Positions 15,877 through 23,689 of a DNA stretch of 41,017 nt are shown piece by piece; within the stretch, counting starts at the first letter, position 1; every line of letters begins with the position of its first letter. The notes below the pieces were generated by a model. It made no database searches, was not told where the DNA came from, and saw only the letters and a program-made list of their open reading frames with translations. This DNA comes from a virus. The stretch is from the IMG/VR virus record IMGVR_UViG_3300024264_000002, positions 1 through 41,017 of that record. One strand, written 5' to 3'. The position numbers and the translations under genes are program-made.

Positions 15877-16287
15877 ATGGCAAGACGAGAATATTATGAT
15901 GGTACCCAATGGGTAGTTGAGACTGATGGAACTGTAAAATCTATAACAGCAGGAACAGGTCTTGATGGTGGTACTATTACTGATACTGGTACAATAACAC
16001 TTGCAAATACAGCAGTTACTGCAGGTAGCTATGATTATGCTTCTATTACTGTAGATGAGCAAGGTAGAATAACTCTTGCAAATTCTGGTACTCCGCCTGT
16101 AACTTCTATTAGTGGTACTGCTAATCAAGTTGATGTAACTGGTACAACAATCTCATTATCGCAGGCTATCGAATGTCCAGGTGATTTAGCAGTTAGTAAT
16201 GGTAATTTTACTCTGCCTGTTGGAACAACTGCAGAGCGCCCAGTCTCTCCAGTAATTGGTATGATGCGAATTAATACAGATTTATAA
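15877..16287 (+). CDS. Tail fibre segment 2 (136-aa cassette)
   Basis: Starts MARREYYDGTQWV and ends PVGTTAERPVSPVIGMMRINTDL. It therefore carries the second half of the motif at its N-terminus and the first half at its C-terminus. Confidence 0.55.
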   Translation: MARREYYDGTQWVVETDGTVKSITAGTGLDGGTITDTGTITLANTAVTAGSYDYASITVDEQGRITLANSGTPPVTSISGTANQVDVTGTTISLSQAIECPGDLAVSNGNFTLPVGTTAERPVSPVIGMMRINTDL

Positions 16288-16290
16288 ACA

Positions 16291-17619
16291 ATGGCAAAAC
16301 CAGAATATTTTGATGGAACTGAGTGGCAGACTTGCTGTGATGGGGCTGAAGTCTCAGTAGAAAACGCACCAAGTACGCCTATTCCTATAACAGGCTCCCT
16401 AACTATTGCAGCAGGCTTAGTTAATATGAATCTTGGCGCAGAGCTTAATGCCTTATCAGCATTTTCTCAGAATGGGATAATGGTTAGAACTGGTACTGGC
16501 AGTTACGCGGGAAGAAGCTTGGTAGCAGCAGATGGGGTAAATATTACTAATGCTGATGGTGTTGCTGATAATCCGATCATTGGCTTAGGCACAGTTGCTA
16601 TTAATAAATTGGCAGGCTATCCCAATAATAACTCATTGTTTTTAAATGGCAGCGGTATATGGAGTAATCCTTTATTTGTTGATACTAATGCTAGCACTTA
16701 TCGTATGCAGTTAAATAATAGTAATTTGAATGCCACAGCTACTGGTCTAATTATTCAGAAGAATGCTGTTGATATGGTAGAGTTTGGCTTTAACAATTCA
16801 ACTAATGAAGCTTATTTCTGGGGAATAGGTCCTGCTGCTTTAAAATTTGGTACTGATGCTACTAAAAGAATGGAGATATTAAGTAATGGTTTAATCAATG
16901 CTTTCAATAAATTTACCTTTTTTGAAAACAGCAAACAGATATATATCAGAGCATCCAGTAATTATTTAGATTTGCGTGGTGATAATGTTAGAAACTCGAA
17001 AGCATCAGCTATCTTAGAAACTAATGCCTATAATGAGACAGCATCGATTGTTATGAATGGTGATTATATTCAAACAATACAGACTTTTGATGATTTAGGT
17101 TTTATCTTTACTGATGATGATGCTGATCCAACCACTAGCTATCAATCTTATATCTCTTCTAATGGAAGTCTTGTTACTGCAAGTTCTAAGAATATCAAGC
17201 AAAGTATACGACCAAAACAAAAGAAGAACTATCTAGAAAGGTTAAATAAACTTAATGTTTATAGCTACTCATTAAAAACACCAATTGATAAAGATGATAG
17301 CCAAAAAAGAAAATGCAGAAAATATTTTAAGAATAAACAATTACATGTAGGACTTCTGTCTGAAGAGGTAAATACATTATTTGATAATGCTACTGATAAT
17401 TATAAGACTATTGATGTTGATGCGGGCAATAAGCAAGAAATTGCTAAAACAGTTGGCAATTACAGGCCAGAAATATCAGAAGCAGATTATATCAAAGATA
17501 AAATGGCAAAAAGAGGTGAGGTTACTGGTATTAATTACAATACACTTTTCTGTTATGCAATTTTAGCAATACAGGAACTAACAGAGAAAGTAGCTAAATT
17601 AGAAGAACGTATAGTTTAA
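16291..17619 (+). CDS. Tail fibre segment 3 with a C-terminal peptidase-S74-like intramolecular chaperone domain
   Basis: Starts MAKPEYFDGTEWQ. The C-terminal region (from about 17180) reads SSKNIKQSI...LNVYSY...HVGLLSEEV...INYNTLFCYAILAIQELTEKVAKLEERI. This resembles the auto-cleaving chaperone of endosialidase/fibre proteins. Confidence 0.65.
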   Translation: MAKPEYFDGTEWQTCCDGAEVSVENAPSTPIPITGSLTIAAGLVNMNLGAELNALSAFSQNGIMVRTGTGSYAGRSLVAADGVNITNADGVADNPIIGLGTVAINKLAGYPNNNSLFLNGSGIWSNPLFVDTNASTYRMQLNNSNLNATATGLIIQKNAVDMVEFGFNNSTNEAYFWGIGPAALKFGTDATKRMEILSNGLINAFNKFTFFENSKQIYIRASSNYLDLRGDNVRNSKASAILETNAYNETASIVMNGDYIQTIQTFDDLGFIFTDDDADPTTSYQSYISSNGSLVTASSKNIKQSIRPKQKKNYLERLNKLNVYSYSLKTPIDKDDSQKRKCRKYFKNKQLHVGLLSEEVNTLFDNATDNYKTIDVDAGNKQEIAKTVGNYRPEISEADYIKDKMAKRGEVTGINYNTLFCYAILAIQELTEKVAKLEERIV

Positions 17620-17647
17620 CGTAAATTAATAAAATATGAGGTATAAA

Positions 17648-17827
17648 ATGACTCCAAATGAATTAATTGTAACTCTGCCCAAATATGTACAGGCTTTATA
17701 CAGTGATGCAACATTATATTGGTCAGGTGATAAAGTAATAGCAACACAAGAACGAAAAAATTTAGTTTTAAATGATATAAAATTAATTAAAGACAATATT
17801 GCAGCTTTAGAAAAGTTAATAGGATAG
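17648..17827 (+). CDS. Hypothetical small protein
   Basis: ATG at 17648 has a GAGGT SD upstream. The start is trimmed from the track's 17636. Confidence 0.4.
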   Translation: MTPNELIVTLPKYVQALYSDATLYWSGDKVIATQERKNLVLNDIKLIKDNIAALEKLIG

Positions 17828-17831
17828 TTAT

Positions 17832-18053
17832 ATGAAAAATAGTACATTAAAAGATCAATGGGAGTTGTACAAATGCGCAGGGGAACTGGCACATTTTGGT
17901 ATACTTATGGATTTTATCAAACAATCAGCTAATCAATTTTACGACTCTAAAGCTAAAAAAGAAAAAATAGAAGAGCATGATATTGATATATTTACAGATA
18001 AATTTGATGAAATAAAAATTATTATTGAATCTCTTTTAACAGATATAAAATGA
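17832..18053 (+). CDS. Hypothetical small protein
   Basis: 73-aa ORF packed in the late operon. Confidence 0.4.
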   Translation: MKNSTLKDQWELYKCAGELAHFGILMDFIKQSANQFYDSKAKKEKIEEHDIDIFTDKFDEIKIIIESLLTDIK

Positions 18054-18400
18054 AATTTGTAGATTACCAGAGTTTAATTTTTTCAAACTTAGCAGACCAA
18101 AAAACAGTCTTGTTAAGTGTTGAAAAGCCTACGTTTTTAAATGCAGTGAATATTTGTAATACTTCTGAAGAGAATATCAGAATCAATCTGCAAACAGTAA
18201 GGCTTTTATCTAGCCCTAAGCAAGAAAATTTTTTGGTGAAGAATATACTTATCCAACCAAATGAAAGCCATAATCTAATGTTTCTTGGTAATTTAGAAGT
18301 GTTTTTGAAGGATGGAGATAATTTGCTGTGTTTTTCTAATGGTTATAGCCAGTTATTTGATTGCACTATTTGTTATACGGAGTTAAATGAAAAGATATGA
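18050..18400 (+). CDS. Hypothetical protein
   Basis: 116-aa ORF with ATGA-type overlaps to both neighbours. Confidence 0.45.
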   Translation: MKFVDYQSLIFSNLADQKTVLLSVEKPTFLNAVNICNTSEENIRINLQTVRLLSSPKQENFLVKNILIQPNESHNLMFLGNLEVFLKDGDNLLCFSNGYSQLFDCTICYTELNEKI

Positions 18401-20217
18401 AAAAACAAACAATAGGTAAGCAAAAAGCTCTCAAAGATTTACAGGATTATTATGAGTATGCTAATAATTCTGCGGTAAGACAGCAATGGCTTAACCAATA
18501 TTTGATAAATCTCAGCTTTTATCGTGGTAATCAGTGGCTTGACCCTAATATACTAAAAGATATGCAGGATATAGGTGCAACTCCATATACCTACAATAAT
18601 ATAGAGCCACTAGTAAATACATTTGTTAGTCTGCAGATTCGTTCTAGTAAAAGAGTGGGATATGAAGCAAGTTCTGATAATCCAGAACATGTTAAATTAG
18701 CAGAATATCTTAAGCATTTAGCATATGAAATTCAGACTCAAAATGATTATGTATATTTTTCATCACAAAAATTCACATCGAGTTTAATAGGTGGTATAGG
18801 TTGGTCCTATTTTACCTATAAAAATGATAAATTTTGTTATGAGTATATAGATCCAATAGAAGTCCTTTGGGACCCAGATGATAGAAGTGCAAGATTAGAT
18901 GATTCAAACTTTGTATGTAGAGTTCATTATGTGCAAGCATTAAAGCTAAAAAACCAATATCCAGAACATGCAAAAGAATTTGAACAAATGGTAGAGGAAA
19001 ACTCTACTAATCCATCAGATTATACGGCATATAACACAGTATCTGAGAGTTCTTTTTGGAATCAGTTTGGCAGTGGTAGTAACACAGTCGGCAATCCACA
19101 AGATGATGGAGCATGGGTTCGTGGACGTTCTATAAAAATAGTTGAAGTATTTTATAAAAAATCAGCTAAATATTATGAAACAACAGTTATATTTCCAGAA
19201 GATTCTACAGGCAATGCCATTCCTAACGAACAATTATTTAATACATTCGATGAATCAATTGCTAAAGATAAGTCAGTTAATGGAGAAATAGTAATAAAAG
19301 ATGGAACGCAAATATGGCATGGAGTGTTTTGTGATAATCTTCTCATAGAAAATAATCCTATAGCAGAGCAAATACCAAACCAAAAATATTTACCATTAAC
19401 ACCAGTAGTATTAAAACGCGACTATCAAGGTTTACCTTATGGTGTAATAGATAATTTAATATCACCACAAAAGACGCATAACTTTTTGTGGTCAACAACT
19501 CTGCATTATCTAGATGCTAAAACAATTATAGCAAGTGATGAGCAAGTAGACAAAGACAAATTGCGAGAGTTCTTAAAAGACGAGATGCGTAGTAAAAATG
19601 GTGTAGCATTTGTTAAAAATCCTCGTGAGTTGCAAGTTTTAGATCATGAGAAAAATTTAAATCATCGTATGAACCTAATACAGGCAAATTACAAAGAATT
19701 TGAAACTCAAACAGGATTGTACGATGAACTAAAGGGAGAAAAGACTAATGCCATATCAGGAGTAGCTATTGCTCAAAGAGCTAACAACTCAATGAACGCA
19801 CAAAATGCATTAATTCTTGCCTATGAAAATATGATTATATCCGAAGGTAAGTTGATGCTTGATACAATAAAAGGATTAAACAACTTCCAGTATAGTTTTA
19901 AGTTTTTTGCAAATGGTAGAAATCAATCAGCTACGTTGGACGATTCAATTTCACTACTAAATTTTGAAGTGTATCCAGATGTATCACCTAATTTCTCATC
20001 AACTATAGAAGAAGAAAAAGCGAGGTTTGCAGAATTAATGAATAGTCCTAATCCTGCATTACTGATGAGTTCTCCGTTATTCTTACGTGAGCTTGGATTT
20101 AGAGAAAATATAGCCTATGAATTATCAGAAGAATATTTGCGTATAATGGGGTTAATGCAACCACAAGAGCAACAAACTGCTGAACAAAATGAACAAGAAA
20201 ATGAGGTCACACAATGA
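18397..20217 (+). CDS. Portal protein (putative)
   Basis: 606 aa, positioned immediately upstream of the scaffold and capsid genes. N-terminal ...SFYRGNQWLD... resembles the portal FY.G.QW motif. The C-terminal tail is acidic and Gln-rich. Confidence 0.6.
   Translation: MKKQTIGKQKALKDLQDYYEYANNSAVRQQWLNQYLINLSFYRGNQWLDPNILKDMQDIGATPYTYNNIEPLVNTFVSLQIRSSKRVGYEASSDNPEHVKLAEYLKHLAYEIQTQNDYVYFSSQKFTSSLIGGIGWSYFTYKNDKFCYEYIDPIEVLWDPDDRSARLDDSNFVCRVHYVQALKLKNQYPEHAKEFEQMVEENSTNPSDYTAYNTVSESSFWNQFGSGSNTVGNPQDDGAWVRGRSIKIVEVFYKKSAKYYETTVIFPEDSTGNAIPNEQLFNTFDESIAKDKSVNGEIVIKDGTQIWHGVFCDNLLIENNPIAEQIPNQKYLPLTPVVLKRDYQGLPYGVIDNLISPQKTHNFLWSTTLHYLDAKTIIASDEQVDKDKLREFLKDEMRSKNGVAFVKNPRELQVLDHEKNLNHRMNLIQANYKEFETQTGLYDELKGEKTNAISGVAIAQRANNSMNAQNALILAYENMIISEGKLMLDTIKGLNNFQYSFKFFANGRNQSATLDDSISLLNFEVYPDVSPNFSSTIEEEKARFAELMNSPNPALLMSSPLFLRELGFRENIAYELSEEYLRIMGLMQPQEQQTAEQNEQENEVTQ
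19558..19567 (+). promoter_or_regulatory. AAATTGCGAG box, copy 3 (internal to the portal gene)
   Basis: Exact 10-mer in sense orientation, but not next to an annotated start. Confidence 0.4.
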
Positions 20218-21143
20218 GTGAAGAAGTGAAAGAAGATATTGAAACCATTGCTGAAAACAATGAAATGAACTCTGTTTACGAGAGAATACTCCGTAAGGAG
20301 GATGCTGCCCAAAATACACCTTCTAATAAAGATAGCAGTATATCAATAGATAAAGATATAAAGAAAAATTTATCTCAAGAAGATGCTGGCGAAGATTTTA
20401 AATCAGACAATAAAAATCTTAAATCAACAAAAGATGCAAAACTATCTAAGGAAGAAGAGGAGACAGAGGAGGCATTACCTACAGACGATGTAAAATATAA
20501 AGATTTAGAAAAACAGGTTAATGATGCCAAGAAATGGGGGCAACAGAAAAACCGCCAACTGATTAATAGCAAGCGTAAAGTCTCGGAGCTAGCATCTAAG
20601 CTTGCTGAAGAAGGTGTAATACCAGAAGAAGATATAAAAATCCTGTTAAATAGCTTTGATTCTATTGATGACGATGACGATCAAGAGGAAGAAATAAAAG
20701 AAAATCCGTTTATTAATATTAGACAGAAAATTGATAATGAGTTTAAAACCTTCAAACGTTATAATAAAAAATCTGATGCTGATGAAAAATACGAGGCATT
20801 TTATTCATTCTTTCCAATGATGAGTGAAAAAGAGCAGGAAGAATCATTTAATTACTTGAATGATTCAGAGGCAGATGTTGCTCTTGATTATATTATGACT
20901 CATGGTGCAGAATTATATGAAACCCTTTTTAAGGGAGCTAATGAGAAGGGTGGTATTTTAAAATATGTTAAGTCCTTACAAACTAAGCTTGATAAGCTGG
21001 AAAAAAAGAGCAAAGAACTTGAAAGTGAGCTTGATACAACTACTAAAAAAGTGTATAATAGCAGCAAGGATTCTGAAAGCACATCTTTGGCTAATCGAGC
21101 AAGTACAGCAGAAGCATTTTACAAGCAACGTTACCAAATATGA
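20214..21143 (+). CDS. Scaffolding protein (putative)
   Basis: 309 aa, highly charged with coiled-coil character (Lys/Glu/Asp-rich). It lies between the portal and capsid genes, and its start overlaps the portal stop. Confidence 0.6.
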   Translation: MSEEVKEDIETIAENNEMNSVYERILRKEDAAQNTPSNKDSSISIDKDIKKNLSQEDAGEDFKSDNKNLKSTKDAKLSKEEEETEEALPTDDVKYKDLEKQVNDAKKWGQQKNRQLINSKRKVSELASKLAEEGVIPEEDIKILLNSFDSIDDDDDQEEEIKENPFINIRQKIDNEFKTFKRYNKKSDADEKYEAFYSFFPMMSEKEQEESFNYLNDSEADVALDYIMTHGAELYETLFKGANEKGGILKYVKSLQTKLDKLEKKSKELESELDTTTKKVYNSSKDSESTSLANRASTAEAFYKQRYQI

Positions 21144-21149
21144 TGCGGT

Positions 21150-21302
21150 TATCAATCTAGTTACAGATAAGGCACTCAAAGAGTTTTATCTTTGTCTATC
21201 CCTTAGAAGTAATTAAGAAGTGGTAGCGGACACTGCGAAGAATAATTGAGGCACTCAAGGATTAAATTCCTTGTCTTTCCCTGCAATCGTTCTATCAATC
21301 TA
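21150..21302 (+). promoter_or_regulatory. Structured leader upstream of the capsid gene, with a ~79-bp imperfect direct repeat
   Basis: GGCACTCAA at 21171-21179 and 21250-21258. TTGTCT(A/T)TCCC at 21192-21202 and 21271-21281. TATCAATCTA at 21150-21159 and 21293-21302. Each unit contains a small hairpin. Confidence 0.45.
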
Positions 21303-21363
21303 TCCCGTTTGTAAAAAGAATCAAAATTAGTATTTATTTTTTAATATCAATTTTGGTAAACAA

Positions 21364-22569
21364 ATGGCTATATTCGATAGAAACGATCCTTTTCAGTCGT
21401 TAAATTTTGAAAAGAACATAATTACTCCTTATTTAGAGGAATACAGTAATACAACTATGTTTGACCGCTTTACTGGTGGTCCTGATTCAGTAATTTTTGC
21501 AAAAGTATCAAAAGCGGGTCAAGGTGATGATATTGTCTACAACCAAAGACAGAATTTTGATGCTACAGTTAAAATTGGTAACGAACGCCTAGTTGAAGCA
21601 GAAGATGAGCTAACTTACGGCGTAGACCGCTTAAGAGTTGGCTTTTTTCGTTTTGGTACAAGAATTACTAATAAGCAATTACAAGAATTGCAGATAAATC
21701 ATAAATTTGACCCAGATGTTAGATCACAATTATTATGGCAAGGTGAGCGTTTAAATTCTCAAAGAATTATGCGTCAATTTGGACTAGCTTTTGCAGAAAA
21801 TAGTAGAGGTGCCCCCAATCAGAGATACAGTTATGCTGACCTTATCGCAAAAATACTAGCTTGTGGAATTGATGGCTTACAAAATGGTGAGGCTATTTCC
21901 AGATCAAGAGTAGTATTTGGACTGGATAAAGGTTTAGCTCAAGACAGAGTAGGGGCTGCATTAGTAAATGCTGTTATGAATTCTGCCGCTGATGATACAT
22001 TAACAGCAAATCATCTATTTAAATTAGCATCTCTTGCAAGTAAAGGCTCAAGAACAGATGTACTTCATAAAGAAGCTCCAATACGTCCTTATACAATGGG
22101 TAAAAATCGTATGGGATTCCCGAATAAGAAATACCTGCTGCTAACTTCAGATGATGCTTATTATAAGCTATCACAAGACCCAAATTGGCGTGATCAGCAA
22201 ATTAGAGGGACTATTGAGAATGAAGAGCAACCAAGTATTCTATTTGGCAGTAATTATAAAGGTACACTGCATGGGGTGATGGTAGTAACTGTTCCAGAAT
22301 TTTCAAACTATATTTTTACCAATGGAGAAGCAACTAGTTATGCATATTCAGCATTTCTTGGTTCATCTGCAATGGGACTTGGTATTGGTCAAATTCCATC
22401 ATTCGCTTCAGAAAGTTATGATTATGGTCTATACCATGGTCTTGCTCATATTGAAGTTAGTGATGCAAAAGTACTTAAGTTCCCGTCAAAAACAGACCTT
22501 ACAAGGAAAGGGGTTAATACTTTGAAAGTAGAAAATGGCATGATTCACTCATTTGTAAGATTAGATTAA
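21364..22569 (+). CDS. Major capsid protein (putative, HK97-fold class)
   Basis: 401 aa, positioned after the scaffold gene. Size and composition are typical of a major capsid protein. This is a positional call and no motif was verified. Confidence 0.6.
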   Translation: MAIFDRNDPFQSLNFEKNIITPYLEEYSNTTMFDRFTGGPDSVIFAKVSKAGQGDDIVYNQRQNFDATVKIGNERLVEAEDELTYGVDRLRVGFFRFGTRITNKQLQELQINHKFDPDVRSQLLWQGERLNSQRIMRQFGLAFAENSRGAPNQRYSYADLIAKILACGIDGLQNGEAISRSRVVFGLDKGLAQDRVGAALVNAVMNSAADDTLTANHLFKLASLASKGSRTDVLHKEAPIRPYTMGKNRMGFPNKKYLLLTSDDAYYKLSQDPNWRDQQIRGTIENEEQPSILFGSNYKGTLHGVMVVTVPEFSNYIFTNGEATSYAYSAFLGSSAMGLGIGQIPSFASESYDYGLYHGLAHIEVSDAKVLKFPSKTDLTRKGVNTLKVENGMIHSFVRLD

Positions 22570-22589
22570 ATATATAAGGAGATAAAGAT

Positions 22590-23066
22590 ATGAATAAATA
22601 TATTGTAAATTTACCCAATCCAGTTGTAGCAACTAACAATGCTAATTTAGTAACTGGCATAACTGGAGCAAGATGGGTTGGAACTAATCCAGATGAAGCA
22701 GGAGCAGCTGGAAACTTTGCTGCTGGAAATGGATTAATATATAGTAATGCTATTGTTGGTAATAAAACTGATACGGCTCTTTCTAAGATTGTAACATTAA
22801 AAATACCAACTCTTACTGCAGGTACAGACAATGGCGTGCAAGTAGATTTAGCCGCACTAGAGTTTTCAAGTGGGATTACAATACTTGGTATTATTGGAAT
22901 TGGTATAGTTGATACAGCAGCAGGTGCTTCTTTAGTAGCAAATCCTACAGTTCTTGCAGCACTAAACTATAGTATCGTTAGAAATTCTATGATTATAGAA
23001 GTGCCACAAGCTCAGATACCTAACTTAGAGAACAAAAGTTTAAATGTAATGATCTATTACAGGTAA
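22590..23066 (+). CDS. Hypothetical virion protein (possible decoration or minor capsid protein)
   Basis: 158 aa, Gly/Ala/Asn-rich, with SD AAGGAG upstream, directly downstream of the capsid gene. Confidence 0.45.
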   Translation: MNKYIVNLPNPVVATNNANLVTGITGARWVGTNPDEAGAAGNFAAGNGLIYSNAIVGNKTDTALSKIVTLKIPTLTAGTDNGVQVDLAALEFSSGITILGIIGIGIVDTAAGASLVANPTVLAALNYSIVRNSMIIEVPQAQIPNLENKSLNVMIYYR

Positions 23067-23072
23067 GTGTAA

Positions 23073-23678
23073 ATGCACGTATCGGAACTAATAGATTTAG
23101 TATCACAACTTAGTTTTGGTAGGAATACTCCTACTGCAAGGGAGCGTGAATTGTATTTGCGCTTCCTTAACCTTGCTAATTTAGAAATGTGGCAAATAGC
23201 TATTAATGCTAATCAGTTCTTAAAAGTAGTAGATATATTTTTTGAAAACGGAGAAAATAGTGCACCAATACCTCAAGGTTATTATTTAAAAAAATTATAT
23301 TCTGATAATAAACCATTGAAGCAATGCAAGCTTGAGAATTTATTTAATATTCCTCAATCAGAATATATAACTATGAATAATGCTATTAATATTAGCACAA
23401 TAAATAACCAACTCACAAAAATAGACCCTCTTGATAATGAACATAAACGATATATTACAGCTTTAATACTCAATAACCCAAAGAGATTAGTAGAAAATGT
23501 TAAAGATATTGAAAATGAAGTAGATGAGCCAGTATACCCGCTACCTTACCATATAGGATTAGTACATGGTGCATTGTTTTATTTATACACTAGTAACAAA
23601 GGTTTTATAGAAAAAATAAAGTATCAAATGCTTGCCTGGGAAGATTCAAAGAAAAATCTAGCAAGTTATTATAGTTAA
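23073..23678 (+). CDS. Hypothetical virion protein (adaptor / tail-tubular-A-like by position and size)
   Basis: 201 aa, immediately upstream of a 718-aa protein. This is only a positional analogy to podovirus tail genes. Confidence 0.35.
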   Translation: MHVSELIDLVSQLSFGRNTPTARERELYLRFLNLANLEMWQIAINANQFLKVVDIFFENGENSAPIPQGYYLKKLYSDNKPLKQCKLENLFNIPQSEYITMNNAINISTINNQLTKIDPLDNEHKRYITALILNNPKRLVENVKDIENEVDEPVYPLPYHIGLVHGALFYLYTSNKGFIEKIKYQMLAWEDSKKNLASYYS

Positions 23679-23689
23679 ATGAGGTTATT

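Noticed and set aside
15852-15879. Stop-codon read-through or frameshift fusing fibre segments 1 and 2
   Set aside because: The downstream gene is in the +1 frame. The in-frame continuation hits a second TAA after one codon, and I see no slippery heptamer. Only the second junction (16285-16293) is in frame.
14762-16128. Antisense ORFs 14762..15205, 15632..15844 and 15820..16128 inside the fibre genes
   Set aside because: The plus-strand frames carry coherent repeat and fibre motifs and operon coupling. The antisense translations are low-complexity (Cys/Ser/Ile-rich) with no RBS.
20115-22831. Short ORFs overlapping the portal, scaffold and capsid genes on either strand (20115.., 20375.., 20900.., 20965.., 20976.., 22322.., 22514..)
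   Set aside because: They are embedded in, or antisense to, longer structural genes, and their translations are low-complexity. The 20965..21216 frame runs into the structured leader, which I regard as non-coding.
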